From NCBI GenBank assembly GCA_963813155.1, contig CAWEYG010000013.1:1-15219 (forward strand): a DNA stretch of 15,219 bases. Direction: 5' to 3'. The position numbers and the translations under genes are program-made. The notes below the pieces were generated by a model. That model saw nothing but the letters and a program-made list of their open reading frames with translations. It ran no database searches and was not told the origin of the DNA. Positions 1-7,993 of the stretch are shown here, piece after piece. The DNA comes from an uncultured Acidobacteriota bacterium (lineage in GTDB: Bacteria > Acidobacteriota > Thermoanaerobaculia > UBA5066 > DATFVB01). Position 1 is the first letter of the stretch. The number at the start of each line of letters is the position of its first letter.

Positions 1-1256
1 CGGCGTTCCGTCTCGCGGAGGCGGGACTGAATCTGACGGATCTCATTCTCCATGCGAACAAAGGTTCGATTCAGAGCACCAATTTCGTCATCCGAGGGAG
101 GAAGATCTCTGCGGAACTGTTCGGGGAACTGTGAAAAGTCTCGGGCACGCTCCTCCAGATCACGAAGAGGCCGTGTCAACCCTCGTCCGGCCGCCCACGC
201 GAGGAGAACGGTCAAGAGCAGGATCTCGATTCCAATTAGTCCACTCGACTTGAGGAGTTGACGAACGACGAGAGCGTCGGGAGGGGCAAGGGTGACTATG
301 CGCCATCCGTTGTCGAGCAGCAACGACGTCGCGATTCTACTCTCGCCATTGCGAAGGGTCGTGGATCCGTTGCCGAGTTTCCCGAGAGCTTCACGACTCG
401 ATTCTGACCCGAGAATTTTCGCATCGGGGCCGGATGGTTGACGAGGCATTGTTGCCACCAGTCTCCCGTATGCATCGATGACCGCAGTCGCGCCGAGAGA
501 GGGCCGCTGCGTCGCGAAGAACGAGTTCCAACCTGCAGAATCGCGCAGGTGAAGCGAGCGACTCCCGTCAACGAGAATTCGAAGATACGCCTCGGACCTC
601 TCCGCAGCGCGGGATTCTGCGAACTTCTCCGACCACGACAACGCGACTTGCCCGAAGAGCCCGGCCACGACTAATGCGACCGCCAGGCAGCAGACAAAAA
701 TCTTCTGAACCAGAGGAAAGGATGGCCGGGGAGGATCTACGGCCCCTTCGAGAGTCGCGATTTCCAGCAAAGGGCGAACTTCCGGCTGAAGAACGAAATA
801 CGAGACAATGCCGAAAAGGACTCCCGTCACGAAACCAAGGATCTCCAGCTTCGCAGCTTCCAGAGCAGGCGCTCCAAATCTAAATCGAAGCTGAACCGCG
901 CCGAACAGAAAGAGAAAAGCGCTGGCAGCCATTCCCCAGATCGAAACGCGTCGCGGGTAAGCGAGAACCCGCTCAATGTATTTCCTGTCGTGAATGACGG
1001 CGAGAGATGCTTCGTCGGCGAGACGGTGGACCCACACGACCGGGAGCACGACCGCGAACACGAATCCCAGAAGCGGGAGCTCCGAGAGAAAGAATCGAGA
1101 AAGGTAGCGCTCCTGTGCCGGGTCGAGAAGCCATTCCTGGCGCAAATTCCAGAAACCGAGCAACAGCCAGAGACCAGCGGCGAGAGCACCCTGGATCATC
1201 CCTACCCGAAGGGCAATCCGCCTCGGATCAAGAGGCTCCGAGGATTCAGCCGGCAT
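1..1256 (-). CDS. Multi-pass membrane sensor with HAMP domain, probable sensor histidine kinase (3' end runs off the window)
   Basis: Manual translation of the minus frame from ATG 1256 (alternative ATG 1268) is stop-free to the window edge. It reads MPAESSEPLDPRRIALRVGMIQGALAAGLWLLLGFW..., has about 5 hydrophobic segments and a ~130 aa soluble loop, then TM LIGIEILLLTVLLAWAAG, HAMP LTRPLRDLEERAR...SDDEIGALNRTFVRM and coiled coil ENEIRQIQSRLRETER. The start overlaps the end of the response regulator. The kinase core is not visible. Confidence 0.85.
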   Translation of the reverse strand, partial: MPAESSEPLDPRRIALRVGMIQGALAAGLWLLLGFWNLRQEWLLDPAQERYLSRFFLSELPLLGFVFAVVLPVVWVHRLADEASLAVIHDRKYIERVLAYPRRVSIWGMAASAFLFLFGAVQLRFRFGAPALEAAKLEILGFVTGVLFGIVSYFVLQPEVRPLLEIATLEGAVDPPRPSFPLVQKIFVCCLAVALVVAGLFGQVALSWSEKFAESRAAERSEAYLRILVDGSRSLHLRDSAGWNSFFATQRPSLGATAVIDAYGRLVATMPRQPSGPDAKILGSESSREALGKLGNGSTTLRNGESRIATSLLLDNGWRIVTLAPPDALVVRQLLKSSGLIGIEILLLTVLLAWAAGRGLTRPLRDLEERARDFSQFPEQFRRDLPPSDDEIGALNRTFVRMENEIRQIQSRLRETER

Positions 1257-2643
1257 CACTTTCGGCATCCTCAGCCTTGAGCTTCGCGTACAGCGTCGCC
1301 CGCGTGATGCCGAGGATCTCCGCGGCGGCGGACTTGTTGCCACCCGTGAGCCTCAGCACCTGCGCGACGTACTCGCGCTCTTTCTGCTCGAGGGTCGGGA
1401 GCGGCCCCTGCGCGGCGTCCTGCGGAACGCCGAGAAGCCGCGTGACCTCCACGGAATCGATCGAGTCGTCGCCGGAGAGAATCGAGACGCGCTCGGCGAA
1501 ATTGCGAACTTCCCGCACGTTGCCCGGCCACGAATACGCCGTGAGCATTCGCTGCGCCCCCGGCGAGAAGTTCCGCGGCGCCCGGCCGGCCTTCGTATCG
1601 AACTCGGCGAGGAACTCGCGAGCGAGGAGCGGCGCGTCGGAAGCCCGCTCCCGCAGCGGCGGGAGCCGGAGCTGCAGGACGTTCAGGCGGAAGTACAGGT
1701 CCTGCCGGAATCGCCCGGCCGCGACCTCGTCCTGCAGGTTGCGGTTGCTCGCCACGAGGACGCGGCAGTCGACTTCGCGCTCCGCGATTCCGCCCACGCG
1801 GTGGAACCGCTTCTCTTCGATCGCCTTGAGCAGGCGGGGCTGAAGCGAGAGGTCGATCTCGGCCACCTCGTCGAGAAAGAGCGTGCCCCGATGGGCGAGC
1901 TCGAAGAGCCCCGGCTTGGCCGAAGCGGCGCCGGTGAAGGAGCCCTTCTCGTGGCCGAACAGCTCCGATTCCATGAGGTCGCGGGAGAGTCCCGCGCAAT
2001 TCACGTTGACGAACGGCGCGTTCGCCCGGGGGCTCCACTGGTGGATCTGCCTCGCGAGCACGCCCTTCCCGGTGCCGCTCTCGCCCGTCAGGACGACGAG
2101 CGCGCCCGACTTCGCGACGCGCCGGGCCTGCTCGAGCAGGTCGAAAACGCTCGGGGAGCTGCCCCAGAAGAGCTCCGCGCCGGACTTCTCGACCTCCCGG
2201 CGGAGCGCGCGATTTTCGGCCTCCAGTCGGATCGAGTCGGAGATCCGCTCGAGCACGCGGAAAAGGTGCTCTGGAGCGACGGGCTTCGTGAAGAAGTTCT
2301 CCGCCCCATTCTTGACGGCCTCGACGGCCGTCTCGATCGACCCGAAACCGGTCATCATCACGACACGTGCGTCCGGACGCGCAGAGCGGATCCGGGCGAG
2401 CCCCGAGAGGCCGTCCGAGTCCGGGAGTTTCAGATCGAGCAACACGGCATCCGGCCGGAATCGCTCCAGCGAGGCAAGGGCCTCCGCGAGGCTCGCGGCG
2501 CCGTCGGAGAGGGCGCCGCGCTGGTCCAGGAGCTTGCGCAGCCCGAATCGAATCGAATCCTCGTCGTCGACGACCAGGACGCGCAGGCCCGCAAGTTCGG
2601 AGTCGGAAGAACGGTCGATCAGGGGTGAAATTATAGTCCTCAC
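1246..2643 (-). CDS. Sigma54-dependent NtrC/AtoC-family response regulator (REC + AAA+ + Fis HTH)
   Basis: REC domain (LVVDDE, LLDLKLPDSDG, MTGFGS, FFTKP), Walker A GESGTGK, SELFGHEKGSFTGA, Walker B LFLDEV, RFRQDLYFRLNV, WPGNVRE, HTH GNKSAAAEILGITRATLYAKL. The start is uncertain: GTG 2643 or CTG 2622. The 662 aa track ORF is over-extended. Confidence 0.95.
   Translation of the reverse strand: MRTIISPLIDRSSDSELAGLRVLVVDDEDSIRFGLRKLLDQRGALSDGAASLAEALASLERFRPDAVLLDLKLPDSDGLSGLARIRSARPDARVVMMTGFGSIETAVEAVKNGAENFFTKPVAPEHLFRVLERISDSIRLEAENRALRREVEKSGAELFWGSSPSVFDLLEQARRVAKSGALVVLTGESGTGKGVLARQIHQWSPRANAPFVNVNCAGLSRDLMESELFGHEKGSFTGAASAKPGLFELAHRGTLFLDEVAEIDLSLQPRLLKAIEEKRFHRVGGIAEREVDCRVLVASNRNLQDEVAAGRFRQDLYFRLNVLQLRLPPLRERASDAPLLAREFLAEFDTKAGRAPRNFSPGAQRMLTAYSWPGNVREVRNFAERVSILSGDDSIDSVEVTRLLGVPQDAAQGPLPTLEQKEREYVAQVLRLTGGNKSAAAEILGITRATLYAKLKAEDAESDAG
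2630..2635 (-). promoter_or_regulatory. Putative sigma70 -10 box (TATAAT) for the response regulator/sensor operon
   Basis: Perfect TATAAT in very GC-rich DNA, 7 nt upstream of in-frame CTG 2622. Confidence 0.55.
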
Positions 2644-2720
2644 CCCCTCTCCCGCGCTTCGCTCCACCCTCTCCCTCGAGGGAGAGGGTGGAGCGCCGAA
2701 GGCGCGGAGGGTGAGGGGGC
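2643..2720. repeat. Palindromic REP/RIME-like repeat, copy R1
   Basis: ccccctctccc...gggtgaggggg termini. Contains a perfect 36 bp palindrome at 2660-2695 (cgctccaccctctccctc|gagggagagggtggagcg). 2667-2721 is identical to 3179-3233. Confidence 0.95.
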
Positions 2721-2762
2721 ATCGGCGCAGGTGGCCTTGAGGCGCAGGAGAAAACCACGTTC

Positions 2763-2768
2763 TAGAAT
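2763..2768 (+). promoter_or_regulatory. Putative -10 box (TAGAAT), leaderless-type spacing
   Basis: TAGAAT followed by 7 nt and then ATG 2776, with no SD between them. Confidence 0.5.
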
Positions 2769-2775
2769 GGTCCCG

Positions 2776-3120
2776 ATGCCTCACCCCTCCTACAAAGACC
2801 ATCCGCTCTGGAAAGAAGCGATCGACCTCGTGACGGAAGCCTATGCGCTCGCCGAGAAGGCCCGGGGCGCCGCGCCCCTCGTTTCCCGCCACCTGCGCAA
2901 GGCGGCCGTCGCGGTGCCGGCGAACATCGCCGAATCTCTCGACGTGGAACGCGGCGACAAGCGCCACGAGAGTCACCTGCGCGCGCGGGGAGCCCTCGCG
3001 GAAATCGAGCGCCAGACGCAGAAGCTGCCGGAGGAGCTCTCCGTGGAGGGCGATTTGCTGGCCGAACGGGCGAGGGGTTTGTTCTGGAAAATGGGTCGAG
3101 GGAAGAAAAGTGAGGAGTAA
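2776..3120 (+). CDS. Four helix bundle protein (23S rRNA IVS-protein / TIGR02436 / Avd-like family), 114 aa
   Basis: SYKDHPLWKEAIDLVTEAYAL...RHLRKAAVAVPANIAE...ARGALAEIERQ matches the family pattern (YxDLxVWQKA..., QxRRAAVSIPxNIAEG, ARGSLxE). Alternative start ATG 2767. Confidence 0.85.
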   Translation: MPHPSYKDHPLWKEAIDLVTEAYALAEKARGAAPLVSRHLRKAAVAVPANIAESLDVERGDKRHESHLRARGALAEIERQTQKLPEELSVEGDLLAERARGLFWKMGRGKKSEE

Positions 3121-3155
3121 GTCGTGAGGAGTATCTGCGCCCAGGATCGTCGGCT

Positions 3156-3232
3156 CCCCCTCACCCGCGCTTCGCTTGCCCTCTCCCTCGAGGGAGAGGG
3201 TGGAGCGCCGAAGGCGCGGAGGGTGAGGGGGC
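3156..3232. repeat. Palindromic repeat copy R2 (direct repeat of R1)
   Basis: ccccctcacccgcgcttcgc..ccctctccctcgagggagagggtggagcgccgaaggcgcggagggtgagggggc, with 55 nt identical to R1. Confidence 0.95.
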
Positions 3233-3236
3233 ACCG

Positions 3237-3581
3237 GTGAAAAGCGGGAAGCTCCTCGTCGCGGGGATGATCCTCTTAATCGCGATCGGCATCGCGTTTT
3301 TCGCGTCGAGGCCGAAGCCGCAGGTCGCGCTCTCGTCGAACCCCGCGGTCAACCAGAACGCGGCGCACGTCCTGCCGGGACGGACGTACGAGCAACGGGC
3401 GAAGATCGATCCCGGCCTGACGCAGGCGCAGGTTGCCGCCGCGCTCGGCGAGCCCTCCGAGTCTTCGGAGAGCCGCGGGGACGTCGTCTCCGCCCGGTGG
3501 AACTACCTGTACAAGGACGGGAATCTCGCCGTGCGGCTCCGCGCCGGGCGCGTCACCGAGATCGAGACGACGTTCTACTGA
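3237..3581 (+). CDS. Membrane-anchored/exported protein with BamE/SmpA(OmlA)-like domain, 114 aa
   Basis: N-terminal hydrophobic segment LLVAGMILLIAIGIAFFA with no lipobox Cys. IDPGLTQAQVAAALGEP...RWNY...GRVTEI fits the GMTxxQVxxxLGxP...WxY pattern. Confidence 0.7.
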   Translation: MKSGKLLVAGMILLIAIGIAFFASRPKPQVALSSNPAVNQNAAHVLPGRTYEQRAKIDPGLTQAQVAAALGEPSESSESRGDVVSARWNYLYKDGNLAVRLRAGRVTEIETTFY

Positions 3582-3588
3582 GAATTCC

Positions 3589-3693
3589 GCCTCTCCCCTA
3601 GTGGGAGAGGCCGCCGCAAAGCGGCGGGTGAGGGGGCGGGCCCCCCACGCGAGCCACCCCTCACCCCGACCCTCTCCCACAAGGGGAGAGGGT
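3589..3693. repeat. Inverted pair of repeat half-units (R3) between convergent genes; possible bidirectional terminator or 3' stabiliser
   Basis: cctctccc-ctagt-gggagagg...gggtgaggggg (3589-3636) faces cccctcaccc..ccctctccc-acaa-ggggagaggg (3657-3693). Confidence 0.9.
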
Positions 3694-3704
3694 GAATATG
3701 GCCC

Positions 3705-4934
<1,230 letters not shown>

Positions 4935-4980
4935 CTGCCTGCCTCCAATTCGCGTCGAAAAAAACATTATCATGGGCAAC

Positions 4981-5544
4981 GTGACCCGCCGCCCCCTCAC
5001 CCGGTCGCCTTCGGCGCCCGCCCTCTCCCTCAAGGGAGACGGCAAGCGAAGCGCGGGAGAGGGGGAACCGCCGCTCGTCGGAATCGTCATGGGGAGCAAG
5101 TCCGACTGGGAGACGATGCGAGCGGCCGACGACATCCTGACCGAGCTCGGCGTCGCCCACGAATGCCGGGTCGTCTCTGCCCACCGCACGCCGAAATGGA
5201 TGGCGGAGTACGCCTCGTCCGCCGAGTCCCGCGGCCTCCGCGTGATCATCGCCGGAGCGGGAGGCGCCGCGCACCTGCCCGGCATGATCGCCTCTCAAAC
5301 CGCTCTCCCGGTGCTCGGCGTTCCGGTGGAGAGCCGCGCTCTTCACGGCCTCGATTCGCTCCTCTCGATCGTGCAGATGCCGGGAGGCGTTCCGGTGGCA
5401 ACGTTCGCGATCGGAAAAGCGGGCGCCACGAACGCGGCGCTTTTCGCCGTTTCCGTCCTGGCTGCGGACGCGCCGAAGCTGAAGAAGAAACTCGCCGGCT
5501 TCCGGGAAGCCCAGACGCGCCGGGTCCTGAAGGAGAGACTCTGA
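4981..5544 (+). CDS. purE: N5-CAIR mutase PurE with a repeat-derived N-terminal insertion
   Basis: [59 protein letters not shown]. Start is GTG 4981 (or ATG 4972). No in-frame ATG/GTG/TTG lies between the repeat and the conserved first strand. Confidence 0.95.
   Translation: MTRRPLTRSPSAPALSLKGDGKRSAGEGEPPLVGIVMGSKSDWETMRAADDILTELGVAHECRVVSAHRTPKWMAEYASSAESRGLRVIIAGAGGAAHLPGMIASQTALPVLGVPVESRALHGLDSLLSIVQMPGGVPVATFAIGKAGATNAALFAVSVLAADAPKLKKKLAGFREAQTRRVLKERL
4991..5065. repeat. Palindromic repeat copy R4, inside the purE reading frame (75 nt)
   Basis: gccccctcaccc..cgccttcggcg..ccctctccctcaagggagacggcaagcgaagcgcgggagaggggg aligns end to end with the reverse complement of R2/R1. Confidence 0.92.
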
Positions 5545-6690
5545 ACCCCATCCTCCCGGGAGCGACACTCGGCGTGCTCGGCAGCGGACAGCTGGGCCGC
5601 ATGTTCGCGATCGCCGCGAGGCAGATGGGCTACAGGGTGCACACGTTTTCCCCCGAGGGAGACACTCCGACCGGCCAGGTCTCGGACCTCGAAGTGACCG
5701 CATCGTACGAGGACCTCGACGCCGTGCGGGCGTTCGCCCGCGACGTCGACGTCGTCACCTTCGAGTTCGAGAACGTGCCCGGCGCCGCCGCCCGGGCGGC
5801 GGAAGAGATCGCGCCGGTGCGACCCGCCCCGGCCGTTCTGCAGACGGTGCAGAACCGGGTGCGGGAGAAGACGTTTCTTCGCCGTTCGGGCTTTCCCGTT
5901 CCGGACTTCGAACGCGTCGCGACCCTCGAGGATCTGCGCGCCGCCGTTGCCCGCATCGGCGCGCCGGCGATGCTGAAGACCGCCGCGTCGGGTTACGACG
6001 GCAAGGGCCAGGCGCGGATCGCGACGCCCGGGGACGCGGCCGCGGCCTGGGACGCGATCGGGCGAGCCGAAGCGATCCTGGAGGAATTCGTCGATTTCGA
6101 GAAGGAAGTGTCGGTCGTCGCCGCGCGCGGCTCCGACGGAAGCTTCAGCCATTTCGGAACGATCGAAAACTCGCACCGGGCGGGGATCCTCGATGTCTCG
6201 ATGGCGCCGGCCGACGTTGCGCCGGAGATCTCCCGGCAGGCCGTCGCGATCGCGCAGGGCGTCCTGGACTCGCTTTCGGTCGTCGGCGTGCTGTGCGTCG
6301 AGTTGTTCGTCACGCGCGACGGACAACTGCTCGTCAACGAGCTCGCGCCGCGGCCGCACAACTCCGGGCATTTCACCGTCGACGCCTGCATCACGAGCCA
6401 GTTCGAGCAGCAGCTGCGGGCCGTGTGCGGGCTGCCGCTCGGCTCGTCGCGAGCTGCTGCGCCCCGCGGCAATGGCGAATCTCCTCGGCGAGCTGTGGGC
6501 CGGCGGCGAGCCCGACTGGCTCGCCGTGTGCTCGCGCCCCGGAATTCAACTGCATCTGTACGGCAAGACGGAGGCCCGGCCGGGTCGAAAGATGGGCCAC
6601 CTGACGGCCCTCGCTCCTTCCCCCGGCGAAGCGCGCCGGGCCGTCCTGGAGGCGCGGGCCGCGCTGACTCCCGCGGCGGTTCGAACATGA
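5541..6690 (+). CDS. purK: N5-CAIR synthase PurK with an apparent +1 frameshift at ~6447-6450 (about 382 aa if corrected)
   Basis: [29 protein letters not shown] and [13 protein letters not shown] are in one frame. [30 protein letters not shown] continue in the +1 frame to TGA 6690. Probable CTG start overlapping the purE stop. Confidence 0.92.
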
Positions 6691-7064
6691 CCGAGCGCCG
6701 CGAGCCCTCGATCCGCGTGGTCCTGATGCCGAAGGACACCAACGCCCACGGCACGATCTTCGGCGGCGTCATCCTCTCCTACATCGACCAGGCGGGAGCG
6801 GTCGAGGCGAAGCAGCACGGCGCGGACCAGATCGTGACGATCGCGATGCGCGAGGTGGTGTTTCACGAGCCCGTCTACGTCGGCGATCTCGTTTCTTTCT
6901 ACACGCGGCTGATCCGGCTCGGGAACACGTCGATCACGGTCGCGGTCGAGGTCGTCGCGACGCGCGGGGACGACGTGTCCCGGCACGTCAAGGTCACCGA
7001 AGCCGAAGTGACGTTCGTGAACCTGGGGCCAGACCGCAAGCCGAAGCCGATCCCGCAGAAGTAG
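6687..7064 (+). CDS. Acyl-CoA thioesterase (hotdog fold, YciA-like), 125 aa
   Basis: MPKDTNAHGTIFGGVILSYIDQAG, FHEPVYVGDLV, GNTSITVAVEV. ATGA overlap with the purK stop. Confidence 0.93.
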   Translation: MTERREPSIRVVLMPKDTNAHGTIFGGVILSYIDQAGAVEAKQHGADQIVTIAMREVVFHEPVYVGDLVSFYTRLIRLGNTSITVAVEVVATRGDDVSRHVKVTEAEVTFVNLGPDRKPKPIPQK

Positions 7065-7495
7065 TCGCTCGGCCCGGGAGCCGGCGAAGCCCCGGCGCCG
7101 GCCCGGCAAGCGGGTCCTGTCGCGGGACTCGCTCCTCTTTTCCGCTCGCCGCGAGCCTGAGGACTTTGCTACACCCGCGTCGCGAGCGGCAAAAGGGAGT
7201 CTCGCCCCGCGCCACCCGCTCTCTCTCTTGCCGGCGCGTTGGCCCCACCGCTTTCGGGCTTTCGCTCAGGAGTTGGGGCGTTTCGAGGCGGGCCGGGACG
7301 CGGGGCGCAGGCGCTCGTCCGCAGGCCATGAGTGAGGCGCAAGAAGAACCTCGCTGTCAGTAGAGAGGCGAGATTTCGCGCCGAACGCTAGAGGCGCGGT
7401 GGACCGATTCCATTCCGATCGATCGCGCCGTGCCAGCGGACGAGTGCCGAGCTCCGCGGCCCCGGGGCCCGGCCGCGACCTCCCGGGCTGAGCGA
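7065..7495. other. Large intergenic fold-back element (MITE-like repeat or structured RNA)
   Basis: Terminal IR tcgctcggcccgggag (7065-7080) / ctcccgggctgagcga (7480-7495), 15/16 match. Nested stems at 7103-7234, 7242-7279 and 7310-7448. Confidence 0.7.
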
Positions 7496-7499
7496 GCCC

Positions 7500-7982
7500 C
7501 TACAGTTTCGCGGCCATCTCCGGCGAGAGGAGGTAGATCAGCTTTCCCGGCGGAGAGGCGTGCGAGCCCGCGAACTTGATCCGGGCCAGCGAGGCCTTCC
7601 GCATCGGGATTGAGCCCCCTTCTCGCCCGGAAACGCACAACGACAGGAGCTCGCCCAGGTGGGGCTGGTGGCCGACGAGCAGAACGTCCCCCGGCTGCCG
7701 GCCCGAGATTTCGTCGAGCACGCGGCCGACAGGGGCCTCGGACCGGAGCGAAGAGGTTTCCCGAATCTCCGCGTTGGGAAACTCCTTCGCGGCGAAGGAC
7801 GCGGTCTCCGCGGCCCGCGCCAGCGGGCTGTGCCAGATCGCCTCGATCTTTTCGAGGCGGGCCAGCAAGGCCGCGACGGCCTTTGCCGAATCCCTCCCCT
7901 TTCGCGTCAGCACGCGGTCTTCGTCCTTGCCCGACGAAGACCGGTCTTCGGCTTCGGCATGGCGGAACAGGAAGAGGTTCAC
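7500..7982 (-). CDS. sixA: Phosphohistidine phosphatase SixA, 160 aa
   Basis: LFLFRHAEAE, DEDRVLTRKG, SPLARAAETA, VLLVGHQPHLGEL. GTG start 11 nt after the upstream stop. Confidence 0.92.
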   Translation of the reverse strand: MNLFLFRHAEAEDRSSSGKDEDRVLTRKGRDSAKAVAALLARLEKIEAIWHSPLARAAETASFAAKEFPNAEIRETSSLRSEAPVGRVLDEISGRQPGDVLLVGHQPHLGELLSLCVSGREGGSIPMRKASLARIKFAGSHASPPGKLIYLLSPEMAAKL

Positions 7983-7993
7983 GTCGCGCCGCC

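Noticed and set aside
52-1280. Short track ORFs in the first 1.3 kb
   Set aside because: They are explained as shadows of the continuous minus-strand sensor gene.
2732-2746. Sigma54 promoter-like tggccttgaggcgca
   Set aside because: GG-to-GC spacing is 9 nt rather than 10, and there is no TTGC.
2776-3120. DGR (Avd) or 23S rRNA intervening sequence
   Set aside because: No reverse transcriptase, TR/VR pair or rRNA sequence is present in the window.
2644-3234. N-terminal extension of the response regulator in the 662 aa ORF
   Set aside because: It reads through repeats R1/R2 and antisense to the four-helix-bundle gene, with no domain-like content.
2643-3693. CRISPR array
   Set aside because: The repeats are ~77 nt, separated by whole genes and variable in orientation, and there are no cas genes.
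7065-7495. RNase P RNA or tmRNA (similar size; minus strand has gcaaagtcc)
   Set aside because: It lacks GAGGAAAGTCC and the 3' CAGAACCCGGCTTA-like motif, and has no tRNA-like ends or tag peptide.
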